A stretch of DNA of 64,000 bases from an uncultured Rivularia sp. (GCA_963665115.1 OY762007.1:3616001-3680000), one strand, 5' to 3'. Shown: positions 20,847 through 29,442, counted from the first letter of the stretch. Numbers and translations are program-made. The notes: a model not told the origin generated them from the sequence alone.

Positions 20847-21444
20847 GTTATCCTCCTAACACCGCGATCTAGTAAAGTTGCATAATTCATACCCAAAATA
20901 GCCCACTTGTAAATCTAATTCGGTAATTAATAATTCGTCATAAAAAAAGTGATATTCCCTTAGAGAACTTGTAAGATAAGATGTAGAACTTAACACAGAC
21001 CTTGATTACAGCCAAATACGCACGCCGAACAATAGTGAAGCCGCCGTTTCTCCAAGATAAGTAAAAATAATTTTGATAAATATTGAATCAGGCAAGAGAT
21101 AATGGTTGAAAATTCCAGCTATTTGAAGCTACCGAAGAGATAGTTATCTGCGACATTATCCGAACCTATTTACTATTGATTTCTTGATACGTTTATTACG
21201 TAGCGAAAGCATATCATAGCGTCGTTACAATCCGCAACATAAGTTAACTTGAGTTTAAATTTAGGTTTTGCAGCAATCGGAATTAGGCTTCACAACCGCC
21301 TTGGAATAAATTCCCAGGCTTATAAACAAAGTTGTCTTTAGACGACTGAATTATTTTCTTCTCGCTCTATCTTTCTCTCTATGTCTTTCCTCTGTGCCCT
21401 CTGCGCTCTCTGCGGTTTTTTTAAATCCGTTCATAACCCCGCAG

Positions 21445-22061
21445 AATTATTGTGGTGAAGTATTAGTAGTATTGCGCCACATAAGTTTTGTGGGGTTCCG
21501 GGAGTGCGAGCATCTTGCTCGCTGGTTGTCGCGAGGGAGCGAGACGCTCCCACTACATTTTGATTACCCCGCAAAACTAATGTGGTGGAGTAGTAGTCCT
21601 TTTCATAAATTCTGAGGGGTTCGTTTTCGACCTAACGTCGGGAGACGTAGCACTGCTACGTCTCTACAACCCATTAAAACAAATGAAAAGGACTAGTAGT
21701 AGTCCTTTGCATAAATTCTGAGGGGTACGTTTTCGACCTAACGTCGGGAGACGTAGCACTGCTACGTCTCTACAACCCATTAAAACTAATGAAAAGGACC
21801 AGTAGTACTCCACCACATTAATTTTGAGGGGTACGTAGTTGCGCTTCAGCGCCTCATATTCCGGTATTCGGAGGCGCTGAAGCGCAACTACGAACAATTA
21901 TTAACCCCGCAAGATTAATGTGGTGAAGTAGTAGTGCCTAACCACGATAATTATGCGGGGTGTTGGGAGTGCGAGCATCTTGCTCGCTAGCTTCCAACAG
22001 GGAGCGAGACGCTCCCACTACATTTTTATTACCCGTCAGAACAAATGAAATGGACTACTAC
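21445..22061. mobile_element. Tandem array of about five 105-130 bp MITE-like cassettes with related terminal inverted repeats and internal REP-like palindromes
   Basis: Units lie at about 21466-21591, 21594-21696, 21700-21801, 21805-21930 and 21933-22058, with TAGTAGTA-like junctions. Units 2 and 3 are near-identical 106-bp direct repeats. Confidence 0.75.
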
Positions 22062-22104
22062 GAGCTAAAATAAACCGGGTTTCTAGTCGTAACTGCTAAC
22101 TGAT

Positions 22105-23673
22105 TCACCTCCGCAACCGCGAAAACAACAAATCCGCTTCCCTTATCCGCAACAACACCACAATTAAGCTAAAAATAATCAAACCAACTATTGCAGAAAC
22201 ACTCAATTGAACTAAATCAAATATTAATCCTTCAGCTTGCCAAATTTGAGCAATTCCCCAACTTATAACCCAAGCAATTAAACCAGTTACCGCACTTCCT
22301 ATAATCAAACCTAAAATTGGTAAACCCCATTCTTTCCAAGGCAAACCTTCAAGTTGACGATGCAAATAAATCAGCAGCATTGCTCCAGCAATTAAATTCA
22401 CTCCCATCGAAGCGAATACTAAACCCGATATTCCAAAATTCTTAACTAAAACGTAATCCAAACCAACATTGAGCAAAATATTAAATCCGCTGATGCGAAA
22501 CGGGGTTTTAGCATCATTCAACGCATAACACACCCGCGTTAATATTTGTCTTCCGACACTAGGAAACATCCCCAAACTGTAAGCTACTAAAACAGATGAA
22601 ACCATTTGTACTGCCGTGTTATCAAATGCTTGACGTTGATAAACTATTTTGACAATGGGAGTAGCTAAAGCCATCATCAAAGCACTCAAGGGTAGAATAA
22701 TCAAAGCTGTAATTACAATACTTTGACGAACTTGTTCTTTAAGCTGATGCCATTCTTGATTTGCAGCAAGACGGGAAAACCTTGGCAGTAGGGGAACTAA
22801 CAAAATACTAGAAAGCAATCCTCGTGGGGTTTGCGATAGTAATTCAGCATAGCTAAGAGTTGCAGCAGCTTGAGGAATAAAAGAAGCAAACCGTAAATCT
22901 ACGTAAAGGTTGATATTAGACATACCAGCCGAAAGCGTTGCCGGAGCCATCAACCGCATCACTTCCCCAACTTCTGGAGAGCGAAAATTAAACCGGGGAC
23001 GAATTGTTAATAAACCTTCCCGTGCCTGTACGATTAACTGCACAATCCATTGCAGCACAGCACCCGCTAAAGTTGCCGTTGCCAAAACCATTCCACCCAA
23101 AAGCAGATTTTGCGGAGCGTTGATTTCATCTCCCAAGCGCCAAGCTAAAATACCCAAACTGGAAATTACAGCAATACTAGATAGCATTGGACTTACGGAA
23201 GGTAGCCAGTATAAATCTGCTGCATTTAAACTTCCAACTCCAACCCCAATAAGCCCCGCTAATAAAGCTAGAGGAGCCATGATTTGTAGTTGTAATATGG
23301 CAATTTCTCTAACTTGAGAATTCAATCCCGGCGCTACCAAATCAATTAAAAAAGGCGCAAAAAGGATAATTAATAAAGTAACGGGAATCAGAATTAAAGT
23401 TAATAAAGTCGCAACAGTCGCAATTAAATTTTTGCTATCTCCTCGATCCCGTCTCGCTAAAACGCTGACTAAAGCAGTATGTAAAGGGCCATTTAAACCA
23501 CCGATAACTACCAGTAAAAAACCGGGGATAATATAGGCATAATTAAAAGCATTTGCTACAGCACCCACTCCAAAAGCCGCAGCAATACAAGTCGAACGCA
23601 GTAAGCCAAATAACTTGCTGACAAGAGTTGCGATCGCGACTATTCCGGCGATGTTTTTTAATGATTTGGGCAT
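22105..23673 (-). CDS. murJ: MurJ/MviN-family lipid II flippase (possibly a divergent paralogue)
   Basis: ATLVSKLFGLLR..IAAAFGVG, IPG...GG.NGPLH, YQR.AF and CYALNDAKTPF, with many TM segments. The ATG at 23673 is preferred because the upstream MPNPQSP is translated STRR. Confidence 0.88.
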   Translation of the reverse strand: MPKSLKNIAGIVAIATLVSKLFGLLRSTCIAAAFGVGAVANAFNYAYIIPGFLLVVIGGLNGPLHTALVSVLARRDRGDSKNLIATVATLLTLILIPVTLLIILFAPFLIDLVAPGLNSQVREIAILQLQIMAPLALLAGLIGVGVGSLNAADLYWLPSVSPMLSSIAVISSLGILAWRLGDEINAPQNLLLGGMVLATATLAGAVLQWIVQLIVQAREGLLTIRPRFNFRSPEVGEVMRLMAPATLSAGMSNINLYVDLRFASFIPQAAATLSYAELLSQTPRGLLSSILLVPLLPRFSRLAANQEWHQLKEQVRQSIVITALIILPLSALMMALATPIVKIVYQRQAFDNTAVQMVSSVLVAYSLGMFPSVGRQILTRVCYALNDAKTPFRISGFNILLNVGLDYVLVKNFGISGLVFASMGVNLIAGAMLLIYLHRQLEGLPWKEWGLPILGLIIGSAVTGLIAWVISWGIAQIWQAEGLIFDLVQLSVSAIVGLIIFSLIVVLLRIREADLLFSRLRR

Positions 23674-23770
23674 GGGGGATTGGGGATTGGGCATGGAGGG
23701 GGGATAGGGGGAAGAGGGGGAAGAGGGGGTAGATAATTTTTAGTTACTCCGTTTGAAGATTACCGATATA

Positions 23771-23920
23771 AAAACCGCAGAGACAAGCCACTGCGTTGGG
23801 CGGTGAAACACTTGCGGTGGAAGGGTTCTCCGGCATAAGCAAAGTGTTGAACCCGGAGGGGTTCCCCGACTTGTAGCAAGTGGCGTGCAGAGAGCGCTGA
23901 GGAAAGAGATAAAGAGAGAT
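23771..23920. mobile_element. Three nested small mobile repeats
   Basis: Host AAAACCGCAGAGAC|GCAGAGAGCGCTGAGG is interrupted by AAGCCACTGCGTTGGGCGG|GTTCCCCGACTTGTAGCAAGTGGCGT. That insert is itself interrupted by a ~57-bp hairpin element at 23804-23860. Confidence 0.65.
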
Positions 23921-23970
23921 AGCTAACTATAGAGCGGCATAAAGTTAAAAGAAATACAATGCCCCATGCC

Positions 23971-24957
23971 CTATGCCCTATGCCCTATGCCCTTTAAACT
24001 TGTTTTCAAAATCACTTCAATCAAGTTTTTGTAGGATAAACCATTTTGCAGGGCTATTTGAGCTAAGGAGCGCTCTGGGTGTAAAGTTGCGTCGGCGTTG
24101 ATATCTAGTAAATAGGCTTGACTATCGTTGTCAACTCGGAAATCGAAAGTAGCATAATCTAAAGGTTTGAATAATTGCATCAAATCTAAACTTATTTCTT
24201 GCAGCTTTTGCAACTGTGGAATATACAAATCTAAATTTATTTTGCGGAAACTACCGCGCCTTTTTGCTTGTAAATCTAATATTTGCTCTTGCATAACTGC
24301 GCCTTCTCTAGTTACCGTTTCCACTGCACCAATAAAAACAGGTACATCATTTCCCACAACACCCACGGTAATTTCACGCCCTGCAATAAACTGCTCGCAT
24401 AACACTGCGGATTGAAATTGTTGATGCAATTGCTTAACTTTATCTTGTAAATCCGTTAAACCTGCCGATGCTTGCCAAATTTGCAAACCCAACGAATAAC
24501 CTTCACAAGCAGGTTTGAGAATACATTTTTCCCAAGGTGGCGTTACAATTTCCTCGCCAACTCCACAACGTAACCAAGGTGGAGTTAAAATTCCTCGCCA
24601 CTGCAAAACAGGTTTGAGAAAATCTTTATTCAGCGTCAGACTTTTTACCGTAGCATCTCCACCCGTATAGGGTATACCCAATTGTTCTAAAATTGCCGGT
24701 GCTAAAGCGGTGCGGTTGCGCGATGTTGTTCTAACTGAAAGATTCCAGATGAATTCTGGTAATTGGTTTTGTCGCCATTTTTCGAGTAAAGCGTCTAAAG
24801 TTCCAATTAAATCAACATCGTAACCCAAAGCTTTTAAATTAGTCGCGACAGCTTCGACTTCTTCAGTTTCACGCCAGTGGTAGTGGGTTTCAACACTCGC
24901 GCTAGGGTTTGACATGATGTCGGATTGGCTCTCGAATAGGATTCCGATTTTTCGCAT
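23971..24957 (-). CDS. D-Ala-D-Ala-ligase-like ATP-grasp enzyme with non-canonical active-site residues
   Basis: LEQLGIPYTG, LNK, LKP..EG.S.G, EQFIAGREITVGV, FDFR and LLDIN. It lacks the GGxSxE N-terminal motif of true Ddl. Confidence 0.85.
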   Translation of the reverse strand: MRKIGILFESQSDIMSNPSASVETHYHWRETEEVEAVATNLKALGYDVDLIGTLDALLEKWRQNQLPEFIWNLSVRTTSRNRTALAPAILEQLGIPYTGGDATVKSLTLNKDFLKPVLQWRGILTPPWLRCGVGEEIVTPPWEKCILKPACEGYSLGLQIWQASAGLTDLQDKVKQLHQQFQSAVLCEQFIAGREITVGVVGNDVPVFIGAVETVTREGAVMQEQILDLQAKRRGSFRKINLDLYIPQLQKLQEISLDLMQLFKPLDYATFDFRVDNDSQAYLLDINADATLHPERSLAQIALQNGLSYKNLIEVILKTSLKGIGHRA

Positions 24958-24976
24958 TTTTTATCGTAATTAAGAG

Positions 24977-25205
24977 CAGGCGGTTGAAACCGCGCCTACA
25001 CAAACAAAGTCCGCCTGTGCGGACTATTTTACATATATATAGGATAAGAAATTTAATTAACCCACGCAGGTGGGTTTCACCTGTGTAGCAGCGGTTTCAA
25101 CCGCCAGATTAAAAGTTGCTATTTTACATGTATATAGGATAAGAAATTTAATTAACCCACGCAGGTGGGTTTCACCTGTGTAGCAGTGGTTTCAACCGCC
25201 AGATT
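24977..25205. repeat. GTAG-type REP/REPIN cluster with an ~80-bp direct repeat
   Basis: GGCGGTTGAAACCGC.CCTAC is inverted to GTAGCAGCGGTTTCAACCGCC. 25028-25110 is repeated at 25123-25205. Related copies lie at ~13809-13899 and ~38688-38740. Confidence 0.8.
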
Positions 25206-25207
25206 AT

Positions 25208-25501
25208 TTACATTTGAGCCTGCTTCACCCAATTAATCACAGTATTATGTGAAATTCCCGTCTTTTTCTCAATAGCTCGAAACCCCATTCCTTCTCTATA
25301 CAAATCCAAGCATCGTTGCTTTACTTCCTCTGAATAACCTTTCGGCGAATAACTCTCTAAAAACTGCTTTCCACATTCTTTGCAAATATAGCGCTGCTTG
25401 TTGTGACGATGACCATTTTTAGAAATGCTTTCTGACTCGCAATGCGGACATTTTTTATTTTGTAATTTATTTTCATCCCCTAACTGTGCGCCGCTAATCA
25501 T
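25208..25501 (-). CDS. IS1 InsA-like zinc-ribbon/HTH protein (no DDE domain), possibly a remnant
   Basis: CPHC...KNGH...QRYICKECGKQF and GMGFRAIEKKTGISHNTVINWVK, then a stop with no InsB-like sequence following. Confidence 0.7.
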   Translation of the reverse strand: MISGAQLGDENKLQNKKCPHCESESISKNGHRHNKQRYICKECGKQFLESYSPKGYSEEVKQRCLDLYREGMGFRAIEKKTGISHNTVINWVKQAQM

Positions 25502-25797
25502 TCTTGCTCTGTGCGCTATTTCATCCCCAATATAAGGACGTAAATAAGCTGTAAATAATTCTTTAATTAGTAAGAAAATCTTGGATTTTAATAACGGACG
25601 TATTTGTTTATCGGTTATGCTTTAAGGGCTTGATTTGAAAATGTAATTAATAATTTTCTTAATAGATAATGGTGCGTTACAGCATCTTCAAAACTATCGC
25701 TTTTTAATCAAATTATCTTGTGCCGTAACACACCCTACAATATGTATCATAATTGGTAAGGTTATTTCAGATTTTTCAACCAATTACCAATTACCAA

Positions 25798-26943
25798 TTA
25801 CCCATTACCTTCCTCTAACCAAACCGTATCTTCATCAACACCAACTACCATCAAACCAGACTTATCCAAACCTCTTCTAACCTGATGCCATCTAGCAACT
25901 AACTGTATTGGTGAACCTTCCATCAAACCTACCAATTCCAATTTCCCATCGGAATGAGTCAAGATATAGCGAAACCTTTTTACCGAGCCGTTGCAACGCT
26001 GACGTATTGCTTCAACTAAGTGCATCGCTTCAACAATCGACAATTGAAAATGAGTTGCGTGTTTTACAGGGCGCGGATGGAATAAATACTGAGGAATTAC
26101 ACCCAATCTATGCAAGCGTTTGTATAATTCGGTCATTGTATCGACTTCTGCATTAACTCCTTTCATCAAAGCAATTTGCGAGGTTAATAAACAACCTGCT
26201 TGTCGTAAGTTAAATAATGCTTTTTCTGCTAAAGGTGTAATTTCGCGGGGGTGATCGAAATGACATTGAATAACGATTTGGAATCTGGAATTATACTGTT
26301 TTAAAACTGATAATAATTCTGAATCTGTGGTGAAGCGAGAAGGGAGAAAAGCAGGTAGTTTACTGCTGATACGAATTTGCCAAAGGTGAGGAATTTGAGA
26401 TAATGCTGCAAACAGGTTCGCTAAACGACGAGTACTGCAAACCATTGGATCTCCACCGGAAAGCAACACGTTATCAATTTCGGGATGCTGTTTGATATAG
26501 GATATAGCTTCTTGTAAATCCTCGATAGTCTCTTTTACCATTACATCCTTGCTCATCAACCGTCGCCGAAAACAATAGCGGCAGTGACCTGCACAAGCTT
26601 GAGTGACTATTAATACTGCTGTTTGTTCGTATTTATGCTGTAAGCCGGGAATTACTGTAGAAAATTCTTCTCCACTGGTATCCAATGAGCCAATATCGTT
26701 TTCCTCGTCATCGGATGGAATTAGTAATTGACGCAATGGATCTGTGGGGTTTTGCCAGTCTACCAAATCAGCGTAACCCACGGGAACCATTACAGGAAAA
26801 CGCTGTTTTGCATTATTAACTCGCTGTTTATCCTCATCATCGAGAGACAACCAATCTTCAGCAGAGTTAGATAATTTTAAACTTTCGATTAACTCATCTC
26901 GCCAATTCTTAACCTGTGGAATTTCGCGAACTAATTCTTTCAT
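25798..26943 (-). CDS. KamA-family radical-SAM/PLP amino-acid 2,3-aminomutase
   Basis: DPLRQL, GLQHKY, CAGHCRYCFRRR (CxxxCxxC), LLSGGDP, HFDHPREIT, LMKGVN and a likely PLP lysine in THSDGKLE. Confidence 0.9.
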   Translation of the reverse strand: MKELVREIPQVKNWRDELIESLKLSNSAEDWLSLDDEDKQRVNNAKQRFPVMVPVGYADLVDWQNPTDPLRQLLIPSDDEENDIGSLDTSGEEFSTVIPGLQHKYEQTAVLIVTQACAGHCRYCFRRRLMSKDVMVKETIEDLQEAISYIKQHPEIDNVLLSGGDPMVCSTRRLANLFAALSQIPHLWQIRISSKLPAFLPSRFTTDSELLSVLKQYNSRFQIVIQCHFDHPREITPLAEKALFNLRQAGCLLTSQIALMKGVNAEVDTMTELYKRLHRLGVIPQYLFHPRPVKHATHFQLSIVEAMHLVEAIRQRCNGSVKRFRYILTHSDGKLELVGLMEGSPIQLVARWHQVRRGLDKSGLMVVGVDEDTVWLEEGNG

Positions 26944-27199
26944 CGATTCTTGTTCCCAGCATATCTACTCAACTTCAAGAGTACAGGATTAATGCACTTT
27001 ATTTTTGAGTATTAATAGTGCAATCAAGTTAAAAATTTATCTATTTCGACAGATGTAAATTTTTAGATGCGTTCATTGTTGTAGAGTAAAATTTGTTACT
27101 ATCAATTTTCAGCTTTATCCTGGTTTAATCGCAGATAATTTGTAAAATGATTTTTAATTGGCAATTAGTTCAGATTTCAATCTATGATTTTATAAAGCT

Positions 27200-27982
27200 A
27201 TGAAAAACAGTTTACGCAGTTGGAAAGCTTATTCCCAGCACTTGAAAAAGTTAAGTACAAATCTTTTAAAAGGCTATTATTTTAATTACGCGGGCAAAAA
27301 AAGCAACCTAGATATTTCTACCCATAAATATCAATGGAGTAGTTTTACAAGTCCGATTAAAAAGCGTTCTGGATTAGCGAATATCAATGAAAATAGAATT
27401 CACAATATGCAGCTAGCGGCTAGCAGAATAGACGGATTAATTATTCAGCCACAGCAAATATTTGGCTTTTGGAATTGCGTTCCTCGCCCTATAATTAAAA
27501 ATGGGTTTCGTTCGGGGCCAATGTTAGTTAGAGGAAAATTAACTAATGATGTCGGTGGTGGTTTATGTCAAATTTCCACGACGTTATTTAATGCTTTACT
27601 TTGGGCTAATTTTGAAATTTTAGAACGCTACAACCACAGCATTGACGCTCATGGAGATAAACGCTTTTTTAGATTAGGGCAAGATGCTACTGTGGCTTAT
27701 GGTTATAAAGATTTAGTTGTCAGAAACGTTAGTCAAACACCTTTATTATTGCGGTTGCAAGTCTTTCCCGAAAAAGCTGAAGTTACAGCCAGCATTTGGG
27801 GAACCGAAGCAATACCATTTGAAGTGAAAATTGAATCAAAAGTGTTGCAAGAATTGACGTTAGCTGATGGTGGAATGTCCGGTTGGGAAGTTGAAACTCA
27901 AAGGTTTATTGGAGGTAAAGAAAAAATTACTTATCAAGCCATTGATATTTATAAACCTCATCTGCCAACAATTGCAGGTTAA
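27200..27982 (+). CDS. VanW-family protein
   Basis: R..N..LAA..IDG.II.P...F.F, GGGLCQISTTLFNA, ERYNHS and G.DATV.YGYKDL. Confidence 0.88.
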   Translation: MKNSLRSWKAYSQHLKKLSTNLLKGYYFNYAGKKSNLDISTHKYQWSSFTSPIKKRSGLANINENRIHNMQLAASRIDGLIIQPQQIFGFWNCVPRPIIKNGFRSGPMLVRGKLTNDVGGGLCQISTTLFNALLWANFEILERYNHSIDAHGDKRFFRLGQDATVAYGYKDLVVRNVSQTPLLLRLQVFPEKAEVTASIWGTEAIPFEVKIESKVLQELTLADGGMSGWEVETQRFIGGKEKITYQAIDIYKPHLPTIAG

Positions 27983-28003
27983 TAGAAAGGAAGTTAAAAA
28001 ATT

Positions 28004-28272
28004 TAGGACTTACGCAACCGGTACATTTTTCTTGTAAGGTGCTGTGACACTTTAACCGATTTTGAACGTAGTAATAATGTATTCAGTGTCACGCACCAGC
28101 CGAGTATTATGACAATTTTGGCAATTCTTGACTTTACTATTTTACTAGTAATACGGCAGAAGCAAAGATTTTTCTCTTCAGGAATGACCGCAAGTGTCAC
28201 AATTGTAGTTGGTGCGTGACACAGCAGGCTCCTTATTACTACGTTGAGAATTTCTATAAGTGTCACAGCAAC
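28004..28272. mobile_element. MITE-like element: left terminus AGGACTTACGCA and internal inverted arms, right end missing
   Basis: 28004-28125 is the near reverse complement of 31392-31514. A partial inverted arm lies at 28183-28270. Confidence 0.7.
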
Positions 28273-28379
28273 GGCAATATTGGGGGAAGAAAATCTACAC
28301 CCCAATTTGCCTCCCCGACAATAAAATATGCTAGTTGCGGCCATTCCTCTTATTTATCAACTTCCTCTAATATCCTCCT

Positions 28380-29417
28380 ATGCAAACCCGCTTAATCCAA
28401 CCACCGACTTTACATAATTTCCTCTCACAAGTACTCAAACCCCATTCTTTATCATCAGAAGCGCAAACAGCATTAATTAATCATTTAGTAGAAGCCAATT
28501 TATGGGGAATTGATTCTCACGGATTGCAGCAAATCATCGGTTATGACAAAAGTTTGAAAAGCGGAAGAATTAACCCTAAACCACAAATAAAAATAATTGA
28601 CGATCGCCCTAGCATGATTCGTATCGATGCAGATGCAGCACCGGGACAATATGCTGCTAAAGTTGCAATGGAAATGGCGATCGCCGCAGCTAAAAAAACT
28701 GGGATAGCGGTTGTCGGTGTGACAAACAGCAATCATTTCGGTGTTGCCGGATACTACACCCGCATGGCAGCAGAAGCGGGGATGGTTAGTTTTGCAACTA
28801 CAGATACCAACGTTGTGGATTTAGCTCCTTTCGGTGGAAGCGTTGCCAAGTTAGGTAACAACGCGATTTCTTGGGGAATTCCTACCGGAAATAAACCAGT
28901 AATTATCGATATGGCAACGGGTGCGGTAAGCGGTGGAAAAGTAAAACATTTCGCTTATCAAGGTTTAGAAATTCCCTTGGGATGGGGGCTGACAGCATCA
29001 GGAAAACCTACCAATAATCCCAAAGAAGTAGCTGTTAATATACCGGCTTCTTATAAAGGTTCTGGTTTAGCATTTATATCAGATTTATTATGCGGGCCAC
29101 TACTCGGAACTGCAACAGCAATGTTTAAAAATAAAGCGATTCACGATGCAGCGAATGGAACCGGACATTTATTTTTAGTTATGGATATTGCAGCATGGAC
29201 TGATAAACAAAAGTTTGAACAAGAAGTGCAAAAAGCCATAAGTTCGCTGAAAGAAACTCCTAGATTAGAAGCAGAAGAACCGATTTATTATCCTGGAGAA
29301 TTAGAAGAAATTACCCATAAACAACGATTACAAAATGGTATTCCCGTACCTAAAGCTTTAATTGAAACTCTCGCTGAATATTTTGGAAATAATCTAGTTT
29401 CTGAATACCTAATGTAG
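28380..29417 (+). CDS. Ldh_2 (malate/L-lactate/ureidoglycolate/sulfolactate dehydrogenase) family oxidoreductase
   Basis: Motifs GIDSHGL, NSNHFG, LGNNAI, DMAT, YKGSGL and YYPGE. Confidence 0.9.
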   Translation: MQTRLIQPPTLHNFLSQVLKPHSLSSEAQTALINHLVEANLWGIDSHGLQQIIGYDKSLKSGRINPKPQIKIIDDRPSMIRIDADAAPGQYAAKVAMEMAIAAAKKTGIAVVGVTNSNHFGVAGYYTRMAAEAGMVSFATTDTNVVDLAPFGGSVAKLGNNAISWGIPTGNKPVIIDMATGAVSGGKVKHFAYQGLEIPLGWGLTASGKPTNNPKEVAVNIPASYKGSGLAFISDLLCGPLLGTATAMFKNKAIHDAANGTGHLFLVMDIAAWTDKQKFEQEVQKAISSLKETPRLEAEEPIYYPGELEEITHKQRLQNGIPVPKALIETLAEYFGNNLVSEYLM

Positions 29418-29442
29418 AGACGTAGCAGTGCTACGTCTTTAC
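29414..29442. repeat. GTAG-type REP palindrome GTAGAGACGTAGCAGTGCTACGTCT(C/T)TAC
   Basis: Near-identical copies at ~8411-8435, ~21642-21667, ~21748-21773 and ~62334-62360, and a variant at ~37063-37092. Confidence 0.85.

Noticed and set aside
21445..22061. CRISPR array
   Set aside because: Units are 105-130 bp with inverted ends, the would-be spacers are themselves repeated palindromes, and there are no cas genes in the window.
22105..29417. Canonical vancomycin-resistance (vanHAX) cluster
   Set aside because: There is no VanX/VanY peptidase or VanRS pair. The reductase is Ldh_2-family rather than the VanH D-2-hydroxyacid family, and the ligase lacks key Ddl/VanA residues.
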